From a virus (lineage: Duplodnaviria; Caudoviricetes): 61,165 nt of DNA. Below, piece after piece: positions 1-6,941 of the stretch (position 1 is the stretch's first letter; each line of letters opens with the position of its first letter). The stretch lies in the IMG/VR virus record IMGVR_UViG_3300042478_002789, positions 1 to 61,165 of that record; one strand, written 5' to 3'. The notes beneath the pieces are model-generated. The model saw nothing but the letters and a program-made list of their open reading frames with translations, was not told the origin of the DNA and did not search any database. The position numbers and the translations under genes were made by a program.

Positions 1-1
1 C

Positions 2-226
2 TCATGGCTTGGCCTCCAGCGCGGCGCGGGCTGCTGCCTCAATGTGCGGAGGAACATTGCTTCCACTCGCATGAGCGTGAATGTAGACCGCCAGCGGCCA
101 GCGCAGCACATCGACAAGGGCGCGGAGCCGGGTGATCTCCTGCGCCATCTTCATCTCCGCTGCGGTCGGTCCTGCGTATCGTGCACACAGGAAATCAACT
201 CCGAACTCCTTGTAGATGTCGCTCAT
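2..226 (-). CDS. Array cassette protein, 74 aa; paralog of 2699..2932
   Basis: MSDIY start, EITRLRA block, EAKP end; SD plus ATGA overlap. Confidence 0.85.
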   Translation of the reverse strand: MSDIYKEFGVDFLCARYAGPTAAEMKMAQEITRLRALVDVLRWPLAVYIHAHASGSNVPPHIEAAARAALEAKP

Positions 227-432
227 GGCTTGGCCTCCTTAATGGCCGCGAAATATGCTGGACGCCAATCACCGTCCTGCGTGTTTTCCCATTCGGCGCC
301 GCACCTTTCGCAGCGTCTGACGGATCGTCTAGACACATACGTCGTGTTGTCTGGCAGGGGCATTGGCACATCAATGGTCATCCGCCGCGCCGTCTTGTGG
401 AGGCAGGAGAGGCAGAGCAATACTTTAGTCAT
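223..432 (-). CDS. Array cassette protein, putative Zn-ribbon
   Basis: CLSC and CERC motifs; EAKP end. Confidence 0.75.
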   Translation of the reverse strand: MTKVLLCLSCLHKTARRMTIDVPMPLPDNTTYVSRRSVRRCERCGAEWENTQDGDWRPAYFAAIKEAKP

Positions 433-743
433 GGCGCAGCATCTTCAAGCGCGTAGGTCGCTGTTTTCTGATGGTTATAGCAGTTAGTGCATTGAGCCGC
501 CACGCTAGGGTGTGGCGTGGCTTGAATCCGTCGAAGCGCCCTTTCCAGCACCTCGACGCGGGCGCGCAGCCTCTCAACCTCAGCAGCGGCAATTGCAGCC
601 TCTGCTTTCTCCCGCTGGGCTTCCCACAACTTGTATTCCACGCCTTTGGGAATTCGGTGACCAAAACCTATGCTGGTCTTGTCGGGGTCTATTCCCTCTG
701 CAACGCAGAGTGCGCGTGCGACTGCTTCAACAATGTCGCTCAT
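429..743 (-). CDS. Array cassette protein
   Basis: Start reassigned to MSDIVEAVARAL after the junction SD; EVERLRARVEVLE block; ends EDAAP. Confidence 0.8.
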   Translation of the reverse strand: MSDIVEAVARALCVAEGIDPDKTSIGFGHRIPKGVEYKLWEAQREKAEAAIAAAEVERLRARVEVLERALRRIQATPHPSVAAQCTNCYNHQKTATYALEDAAP

Positions 744-985
744 GGCTTGGCCTCCTCCTTGAACGCGCATCTGTCCACGCCATCCTTTTCCCTGCGATTG
801 ATCTGCCCACCGTTAGGCACAAATGGGGTCAAAATCGGCAAGAAGAATGCTGCGGGAAGCCGCAGGTCCATCTGGTTCTCTTTGAAGTACCGGCAGAGTC
901 CATCACCACTTGGATGCAGCCTGCCGTTCTTCGTGCGCTCCCACTCCGCGTAGATGCAGCCGACGCAAGTTGATGGCTCGCTCAT
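740..985 (-). CDS. Array cassette protein, Cys-containing
   Basis: CVGC and two further Cys; EAKP end. Confidence 0.75.
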   Translation of the reverse strand: MSEPSTCVGCIYAEWERTKNGRLHPSGDGLCRYFKENQMDLRLPAAFFLPILTPFVPNGGQINRREKDGVDRCAFKEEAKP

Positions 986-1218
986 GGCTTGGCCTCCTTG
1001 TCGAGCCGAGCGATGAGCGCGTCGGCGAACATGACCGCGTCATACGCGCATCCATTGAAGGTTCCGCTTGAGCCGTCGTAGCTAGAGTTCGCGAGCTGCC
1101 CCGCGAGACACGCAGTCGCGATGCGCTCGCGTCGGTCGGCGCGGAGGCGCTCGATCTCGGCTCGCATCAACGCGATCTGCCGCCCCGCGATATCATATGC
1201 CTTCTGATTGTCGCTCAT
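982..1218 (-). CDS. Array cassette protein
   Basis: EIERLRA block followed by a RERIATACLAG...AVMFADALIARL domain typical of small phage early proteins; EAKP end. Confidence 0.8.
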   Translation of the reverse strand: MSDNQKAYDIAGRQIALMRAEIERLRADRRERIATACLAGQLANSSYDGSSGTFNGCAYDAVMFADALIARLDKEAKP

Positions 1219-1442
1219 GGCTTGGCCTCCTTCAGCTTGGCGTGTATTGGGGTTGCGTTGAGTAACCGACCGCTGGCTGGATGGATGCGGTCGTTCAACG
1301 CTCCAACGAGTTCTTCAGGTGGGCGCGGCAACCTGACATCCCTCTCCAGCACCTCGATGCGGGCGCGGAGGCGCTGGTTGTCGGCATTAAGCTCGCACAC
1401 TTCGCGAGATAGCTTCTCTATGATTTCGTAAACGTCGCTCAT
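1215..1442 (-). CDS. Array cassette protein
   Basis: MSDV start, RLRARIEVLE block, EAKP end. Confidence 0.8.
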   Translation of the reverse strand: MSDVYEIIEKLSREVCELNADNQRLRARIEVLERDVRLPRPPEELVGALNDRIHPASGRLLNATPIHAKLKEAKP

Positions 1443-1630
1443 GGCTTGGCCTCCTCTCGTGTAACGACCAGCTTGATGGTCGGGCGTTTCTCGCGATTTA
1501 GAACCGCATAGCCGGTGATGTGGCCGGTCTTCGCGCGATTGCCATGGGGAAAAACCACGCTGACGGTTGAGTCGGAGCCGTGATCCTTTATCAGAGAGGT
1601 GATCAAGGCTCGCAATTGACCAAGTTTCAC
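1439..1630 (-). CDS. Array cassette protein (GTG start)
   Basis: GTGA overlap in the junction; EAKP end. Confidence 0.75.
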   Translation of the reverse strand: MKLGQLRALITSLIKDHGSDSTVSVVFPHGNRAKTGHITGYAVLNREKRPTIKLVVTREEAKP

Positions 1631-1914
1631 GGCTTGGCCTCCTTCAGCGCGGCGCGCAGATTCTCCTCCAAATGCTCCCAGCCCTTTCCGGCTGGGTCAT
1701 AGGTATCGGCATTCTCGTAGTCGATGAGTGCCTGTGCTGCTGCGCGTATGGTCTCCAACTCCTCCACGCGGGCGCGGAGGCGGGTGATCTCGTTCAGCAG
1801 AAACGCACGGTCTTCATGCGATTTCGGGCAGATCAGCGACGGGCCGTAGCGCCACCGCTCACCTAGTTCGTGCCTCTCGCGTATCTCGGCTAGCTTCTTG
1901 TCAACGTCGCTCAT
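1627..1914 (-). CDS. Array cassette protein, Ea22/Ead-like layout
   Basis: KLAEIRERH...DRAFLLNEITRLRARVEELE...LRAALKEAKP. Confidence 0.8.
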   Translation of the reverse strand: MSDVDKKLAEIRERHELGERWRYGPSLICPKSHEDRAFLLNEITRLRARVEELETIRAAAQALIDYENADTYDPAGKGWEHLEENLRAALKEAKP

Positions 1915-2129
1915 GGCTTGACCTCCTCGTGTAAGACATACTCGTCGGAGACCCAGGCTTCCTCAACCCAAATCCCGTCGAATTTCTTGTTATACTTGTT
2001 ATCCTCAATTTCTTTTGCGCAGGACTCTGCCATCTCCCTATCAGCAAAGACCCTGTAAACATACGTCCGGGTTCTTCCTTCAGAGTAATCGCCTTCAACG
2101 AGAACTATCCAGACGACGTTCTTGGTCAT
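1911..2129 (-). CDS. Array cassette protein
   Basis: VWIVLVEG...VFADREMAE...VEE pattern; ends EVKP. Confidence 0.75.
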   Translation of the reverse strand: MTKNVVWIVLVEGDYSEGRTRTYVYRVFADREMAESCAKEIEDNKYNKKFDGIWVEEAWVSDEYVLHEEVKP

Positions 2130-2156
2130 GGCTTGGCCTCCTTCAGGGCGCGACCG

Positions 2157-2702
2157 CTACTCGCAAGAGTAGATCTGTTCCGACCGCCGCAGCGGCAGCC
2201 ATCGCGGCACGGTCGTGAATGACTTGTCGCGGAACAGGACGCGGTTGGTCGGCTGGATGGTCAGGCGACCGCCATCGGTTCGCAAGAACATGAACTCCTT
2301 TGCCTGAGCCGGCGCGTGTGTGTAGGCGTCTCCTACCGGGATGGCCGTGAACAGGTATTCCGCGCCCAGCTCGGCGTCTGCCGCGCGCACAATCGCGCCG
2401 AGCCCGTCGAGGTAGTCGTAGGTGTGCAGGGAGAACTGCGAGTTGTAGCAGTCCCATTCCTGCGCGTCCTTGATCGTCCACGGATCGGGGTCGCTGCAGA
2501 ACGCCAGCGCGTGAGGCGGAAGGTCTCGGTAGACCGCGCCGCACTCAAGCAGCACCGTGCAGCCCCATGCTCGACCAGGATGGCTGTGCAGGCCGAACCA
2601 GACCGCAGGTAACCATTCGTCGGCGCCGAAGCCGATGAAGGCACCGCAGACCGAAACGTATTGATGGCGTGGCAGGCTGCCGCTGGCGGTGAAGAGCGTC
2701 AT
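2157..2702 (-). CDS. Hypothetical phage protein, 181 aa; largest cassette
   Basis: Starts at a junction ATG; stops at TAG before the next junction. Confidence 0.8.
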   Translation of the reverse strand: MTLFTASGSLPRHQYVSVCGAFIGFGADEWLPAVWFGLHSHPGRAWGCTVLLECGAVYRDLPPHALAFCSDPDPWTIKDAQEWDCYNSQFSLHTYDYLDGLGAIVRAADAELGAEYLFTAIPVGDAYTHAPAQAKEFMFLRTDGGRLTIQPTNRVLFRDKSFTTVPRWLPLRRSEQIYSCE

Positions 2703-2932
2703 GGCTTGGCCTCCAGCGCGGCGCGGGCTGCTGCCTCAATGTGCGGCGGCACGGAATTGCCTGTCTGGTGCGCGTGGATGTAGACCGCCAGCGGCCAGCG
2801 CAGCGAATCGACGCGGGCGCGGAGGCGCTCGATCTCCTGCGCCATCTTCATCTCCGCTGCGGTGGGGCCTTCGTTCTCGCTGCAACAGTCGCGGAGAACA
2901 TCGACCCCGAACTCCTTGTAGATGTCGCTCAT
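2699..2932 (-). CDS. Array cassette protein; paralog of 2..226
   Basis: Start reassigned to MSDIYKEFG; long blocks identical to 2..226. Confidence 0.85.
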   Translation of the reverse strand: MSDIYKEFGVDVLRDCCSENEGPTAAEMKMAQEIERLRARVDSLRWPLAVYIHAHQTGNSVPPHIEAAARAALEAKP

Positions 2933-3183
2933 GGCTTGGCCTCCTTGTTCAGAACTTTGTCGATACGAGCCATCATTGTTGCTTGCTCCACGACTCCGCG
3001 CTCTGTCATTGGTCTCCAGTAGATGAGACCGTTGTGACGAGCGTCGATCAATGCATCCGTCAACTCCATGACGCGAAAGCGGAGGCAAAGAATCTCCTCC
3101 GCTGCGTCGGCAATGATGTGAGCATCCTCCTCGCTGTACATGCGGGCTGCTTGAGCGCAGTCCATTAGGGTTCTATTGCTCAT
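2929..3183 (-). CDS. Array cassette protein
   Basis: DAAEEILCLRFRVMEL (degenerate internal block); EAKP end. Confidence 0.8.
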   Translation of the reverse strand: MSNRTLMDCAQAARMYSEEDAHIIADAAEEILCLRFRVMELTDALIDARHNGLIYWRPMTERGVVEQATMMARIDKVLNKEAKP

Positions 3184-3392
3184 GGCCCATCCTCCTCGCG
3201 CATGGCCCGCACCACTTCTAGGAGATCCTCTTTGTTGGCCACGCCAAACGAGAGCATGCGCTCCAGGTCCACGGAGTGGGCAAGCATCTTCTCGTTGTGG
3301 GCGCGGATGCGGATGATATCGTCGATGGCGTCATCGATATATTCGATCCTCATCTTCCGCATGGCTTGTAGCGTTCGGAATGTTCTGGTCAT
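3180..3392 (-). CDS. Hypothetical protein (array edge)
   Basis: ATGA overlaps on both sides; ends EDGP. Confidence 0.7.
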   Translation of the reverse strand: MTRTFRTLQAMRKMRIEYIDDAIDDIIRIRAHNEKMLAHSVDLERMLSFGVANKEDLLEVVRAMREEDGP

Positions 3393-3673
3393 AGGCCGGC
3401 CTCCTCCTTGATGCGGTTGACGACTGGCCAGAGTTCCTCGTGGACGAGGTCGTGGATGATGTCCTCGGGGGACTTGTCATCGGCGAGGTGGAGTACCATC
3501 CGTTCCTGTGCCTCGTCAAGGATGGCTTCGCGCAGCGTCACCATGATGGCAAGGATCTCCTTCTTGGCTTTGGCCTGGGCCTTCTCGATGCGCTCGTAGC
3601 AATGGAGGGCGGAGCATTGCTCGCGGTGTGCGTCGGTCTCCCGACAGTACTGCTCGTAGCTATACTGGTTCAT
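3389..3673 (-). CDS. Hypothetical protein
   Basis: AAGGAGG SD before MNQYSY; ends EAGL. Confidence 0.7.
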   Translation of the reverse strand: MNQYSYEQYCRETDAHREQCSALHCYERIEKAQAKAKKEILAIMVTLREAILDEAQERMVLHLADDKSPEDIIHDLVHEELWPVVNRIKEEAGL

Positions 3674-3839
3674 GGGGTTCCTCCTTGATGAGGTGGTAAC
3701 CGGCAGCTTGGAGGGCAGCGAGAACAGCGGCGGTATCCTGCCGCCACCACCCTTTCTCCTCTTCGGAGAGAAGGTGCCATGGCTTGTGGGGGTATTCGTT
3801 GACTGCCCATATGGCAGCGATGACATCGAGGTGGTCCAT
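3660..3839 (-). CDS. Small hypothetical protein, 59 aa (not in ORF track)
   Basis: MDHLDVIAAIW...; fills the gap with overlapping start/stop. Confidence 0.55.
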   Translation of the reverse strand: MDHLDVIAAIWAVNEYPHKPWHLLSEEEKGWWRQDTAAVLAALQAAGYHLIKEEPHEPV

Positions 3840-4078
3840 CAGTCTTTCTCCCGTGAGATGGTAAGGAGTTTATCGCACTCCGCTTCTATGACACCTAGGA
3901 GGCGGGCTACGAGGCGGGCCTCACCCTCGCTGGCAAAAGAGAACTGGAGGGTGCCTTGTTGCAGGTGGCGATGCATGGTGAGAAGGTACTCCTCGACAGC
4001 GGTGGCCAAGGGCAGCGGGTCGAGGGGGGTTGTTGGCACAAGCAGCTTGTTGAAGTCAATCTTTTTCTTTCTTGCCAC
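3839..4078 (-). CDS. Hypothetical protein
   Basis: AGGAG SD, GTG start. Confidence 0.65.
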   Translation of the reverse strand: MARKKKIDFNKLLVPTTPLDPLPLATAVEEYLLTMHRHLQQGTLQFSFASEGEARLVARLLGVIEAECDKLLTISREKD

Positions 4079-4125
4079 GTGGCTTTCTCCTCTTGTTTAG
4101 GATGGCGATGAGTTCTTCGACGACT

Positions 4126-4548
4126 TCATTTCGGAGGGCGGGGCTGCACTCCACCGAGACCACGACCATGAGTTGCTTGTGGCCCCGGAAGATGCTGCCG
4201 TCGATGTTTCGGAACGTGGTCTTCATAGCGTAGGTTCCTCATGAGGTTGGCGAGGGCGGCCTCCGGGTCAGAGGGGGGTCGGAGGTAGCGGATGGCGTAG
4301 ACGGCTTCGTTGTTGCGTAGGGATACCGCTTCCAACTGGCGCTTGGCAACCATGTTCTGGATGCGGATGGCAACAGCGGGCCGGGCAATCCCCGTGAAGG
4401 TTGCTAGCTCGGTGGCAGTGAAGTCACTCCCCAGGGTCTGGATTGCCGCTACCACCCTGCGGGTCAAGCGCCCGCCATTGGGGGCACCAAGGAGCGGCTT
4501 CGCAGTATTCGGCGCAACGGACGTTGCTACCTTCACGCTTCTGGACAT
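4126..4548 (-). CDS. Winged-HTH DNA-binding protein (true start probably downstream, near 4467)
   Basis: FTATELATFTGIARPAVAIRIQNMV HTH pattern. Confidence 0.55.
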   Translation of the reverse strand: MSRSVKVATSVAPNTAKPLLGAPNGGRLTRRVVAAIQTLGSDFTATELATFTGIARPAVAIRIQNMVAKRQLEAVSLRNNEAVYAIRYLRPPSDPEAALANLMRNLRYEDHVPKHRRQHLPGPQATHGRGLGGVQPRPPK

Positions 4549-5296
4549 AGAGCTTTCCCTTGTCGTTCTGGTAGGAGATGAAAGCGGTGGCCGTCTCCTC
4601 GGAGTTGAAGAGTTTCACGGCGGACTTGCGCCCCTCCTTCATGACGGCGAAGGTCGTTGGCTTGTACCAGCGGTCCTCGGCGCTGCACTCGGGGTTGCTC
4701 TGGTGGTAGAGGATGCGCTGGGAGATGCGCTCCTCGGCTACGTCGTGGGTCCACACCGGGATGTCCACTACCTGCATGGGCAGGTTGGGGTAGGTAACGT
4801 CACGCACCGAGAGGAACTTGGCCCAATCGCGCAGCATGACGATGACCTGTATGGCCTTGACCTCCATGCCGTGGAGGCGCAGCAACCAAGCGTAGGTATT
4901 GAGTTGGTTCTCCCAATCGGGCTCCACCAGTTGCTTCTGGAAGCGAGAGACAGAGGTGACCTTGTAGTCCTGGAGGATCTGCTGGTCGACCAGCAGGCGG
5001 TCGAACTTGCCGCTGATGGTGACACCGTGGCGAGAGGCGAAGAGCCGCTTCTCCACGATGGCTTCCGTGTCGGCCTCCTCCAGCAGGCGGTGGAAGGCTG
5101 AACCCAAGAGGTTCATGAGGTAGTCGGAGGCGTCCCGCTGGATGTCCCCCGAGTGGGCCTTGGCTAGGCGCACCATCTGCGGGGGTTTCCAGAGGGAGGT
5201 CACCGAGATGTCGGCGTCCCCGATGTCATAGTCGTCCTTGGCGAGGGCGGATACGACGGGCTGGGGCAGGTTGAACTTGTTAGAAAGCGGGTTCAT
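4424..5296 (-). CDS. PD-(D/E)xK exonuclease, Cas4/RecB-like
   Basis: GSAFH, SGKFD, DYK and QLNTY motifs; C-terminal Cys cluster RCAEYC-WC; SD AAGGAG before MNPL. Confidence 0.85.
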   Translation of the reverse strand: MNPLSNKFNLPQPVVSALAKDDYDIGDADISVTSLWKPPQMVRLAKAHSGDIQRDASDYLMNLLGSAFHRLLEEADTEAIVEKRLFASRHGVTISGKFDRLLVDQQILQDYKVTSVSRFQKQLVEPDWENQLNTYAWLLRLHGMEVKAIQVIVMLRDWAKFLSVRDVTYPNLPMQVVDIPVWTHDVAEERISQRILYHQSNPECSAEDRWYKPTTFAVMKEGRKSAVKLFNSEETATAFISYQNDKGKLYVQKREGSNVRCAEYCEAAPWCPQWRALDPQGGSGNPDPGE

Positions 5297-5435
5297 GCAG
5301 GTCTCCTTCATCATGGCGCTTCTTGAATTCGGCGGCGATGCGGTAGTGGCGGAAGGCTTCGTCGTACTTGCCTTCCCATTCGAGGTCAACCGCTTTCTGC
5401 TGGTGCTTCTGGTACAGGTGGTACGTCGTTTCCAC
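5280..5435 (-). CDS. Small hypothetical protein, 51 aa
   Basis: GTG-start ORF ...DLEWEGKYDEA...HEPAF. Confidence 0.45.
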   Translation of the reverse strand: METTYHLYQKHQQKAVDLEWEGKYDEAFRHYRIAAEFKKRHDEGDLHEPAF

Positions 5436-5534
5436 GGGCTTTCCTATATCGTTCGAGGGTCGAGGTGAGTTTGCGGATCCACTCTTCGAGTTGCTCGGGG
5501 GTGAGATCCTCGGGGTCGATGGAAAAGAGGGCGC

Positions 5535-5759
5535 TCAATTTATGGTATCTCCTTGTTGGGGCAGGGTGAGGTAGCTGATGTATTGGAGGACGGCTGCGTT
5601 GTGGGCGGCGAAGAATTCCCCAAACTTGGAGGGGGGCACGATGCCGGCCATCTCGGCAGCCAGTATGCGAGCCAGCATATCCAAACGCCAAGTGGGATCA
5701 ATGTTCTCGAACTTTTCCCAGATGTCGAGGGCACGGTTACGGAATTCGGATTCGGTCAT
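5535..5759 (-). CDS. Hypothetical protein
   Basis: GAGGAG SD before MTESEF. Confidence 0.6.
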   Translation of the reverse strand: MTESEFRNRALDIWEKFENIDPTWRLDMLARILAAEMAGIVPPSKFGEFFAAHNAAVLQYISYLTLPQQGDTIN

Positions 5760-5770
5760 GGCGGTTCTCC

Positions 5771-6136
5771 TCAGAAGTTCCATGCGAGGTTATGGCGAAG
5801 GGCAACATCCTTCATGTTCTCCAAGAGGCAATCCTCGAAGAGACCGGGGATGTGGTCACTCGAAATATCGTGAGCACGTTGCATATCTTCTGCTAGCTCC
5901 CGGCCCAATGTCACCACGGCTGGGATATCTCGGTTGACCAGATCTCCGACACCCCAAGCGCAGTTGGGATCGTCCATCTCCTCAAGGTAGAGGTGGTCGG
6001 GAATGATCCAACCGATGGCGCAGCGGGCATCGCCGGCCCGGTACTTGCAGCCATGCTCGTTCTTGCTGCGCTCGCCCTGTTCGAGGAGACGCTGGATGAC
6101 GTAGTCGAAGATTTCCTGGGGGGTGTTGGGGATCAT
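5771..6136 (-). CDS. Hypothetical protein, paralog family A (copy 1)
   Basis: QG...CKYR...CAIGWIIPD...QRAHD. Confidence 0.8.
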   Translation of the reverse strand: MIPNTPQEIFDYVIQRLLEQGERSKNEHGCKYRAGDARCAIGWIIPDHLYLEEMDDPNCAWGVGDLVNRDIPAVVTLGRELAEDMQRAHDISSDHIPGLFEDCLLENMKDVALRHNLAWNF

Positions 6137-6192
6137 GGGTTTCTCCTTGGGAAGGTGGTCCCCCCACCACTGGGATGAGGGGACCTGGGTGA

Positions 6193-6930
6193 TCAGAAGG
6201 GGATGGAGTCGTCGTACACTCCGGTGTCGAGGGGCTCGGGGTTGGCGACCTCCTTGACCACGGTGAGGCGGCAGACCCGGACCTTGGTGTTCTGGTAGTC
6301 GATGGGGACGGAGACCACGTCGGCGGGGTCCACCTGACAGAGCATGGTGCGCTGCCCACCGAAGCTTCGGAGGTACTCGAAAGAGCAGACGTGGAGGCCG
6401 GTGGAGCAGGTGCTTTCGGGGTCGTCGTCCACCTCGGAGCGGGGCATGGTGTGGGTGGTGCCCACCTTGTAGCAGTTGGTGCGGCTGGTGTGCACATCGT
6501 AGTAGGTGTCGGTGACCTTCTTGTAGAAGAGGAGGTCACCCTCGGGGGTGATGGCGATGTTGTTGGTGGCGACGAAGCGCCAGAGCTGGTTGCGGCTGCG
6601 CATCGAGGGGTTACGCAGCACCTTGTCGAGGAAGGACATGAGGGGGCCGATGTCGAAGCCCTTCTCCTTCATCGAGAGGATGTGCGGGACCATGACGTGG
6701 TCCACCTCGGTGCCGTTGCGCAGCAGCCGGTAATCCTCGATGACGAGGGAGCCATCGGCATACTCCTCGATGGTAGCCCGGGGGGTGATGTGCTCGATGG
6801 CAGCGTCCCACTCGCCCTGCCGGATGCACTGGAGGGCATCAGCGAAGCCCTGCATATCGGAGGTGGCGGTGTAGGTCTGGCCGTCACGGATGATGGTGAC
6901 GGTATTGGTGGTGATGAGATGGGGATACAT
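6193..6930 (-). CDS. rIIB: RIIB-like protein
   Basis: CSTGLHV, DPADVVSVPIDY and KVRVC motifs; adjacent to rIIA. Confidence 0.85.
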   Translation of the reverse strand: MYPHLITTNTVTIIRDGQTYTATSDMQGFADALQCIRQGEWDAAIEHITPRATIEEYADGSLVIEDYRLLRNGTEVDHVMVPHILSMKEKGFDIGPLMSFLDKVLRNPSMRSRNQLWRFVATNNIAITPEGDLLFYKKVTDTYYDVHTSRTNCYKVGTTHTMPRSEVDDDPESTCSTGLHVCSFEYLRSFGGQRTMLCQVDPADVVSVPIDYQNTKVRVCRLTVVKEVANPEPLDTGVYDDSIPF

Positions 6931-6941
6931 GACAGATCCTT

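Larger units (their letters stand above)
1..3405 (-). repeat. Cassette-junction direct repeat, coding-strand consensus (AA)GGAGGCCAAGCC-ATGA(GCGAC)
   Basis: Plus-strand (c)tcatggcttggcctcc at 1, 222, 739, 981, 1214, 1438, 2126, 2699 and 2928. Variants at 1627 (GTG start) and 1910 (one substitution). Degenerate copies at 429, 3180 and 3389. Confidence 0.97.

Noticed and set aside
2-2932. Diversity-generating retroelement TR/VR pair
   Set aside because: Differences between the two copies are not adenine-specific, include an indel, and no reverse transcriptase was recognised.
1-3405. CRISPR array (regular repeats with a Cas4-like gene nearby)
   Set aside because: The repeat is only about 16 nt, the intervals are 190-570 nt intact ORFs, and no cas1/cas2 or effector genes were seen.
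1-3405. Classical integron or shufflon
   Set aside because: No attC-like palindromes, no tyrosine recombinase, and all repeats are direct.
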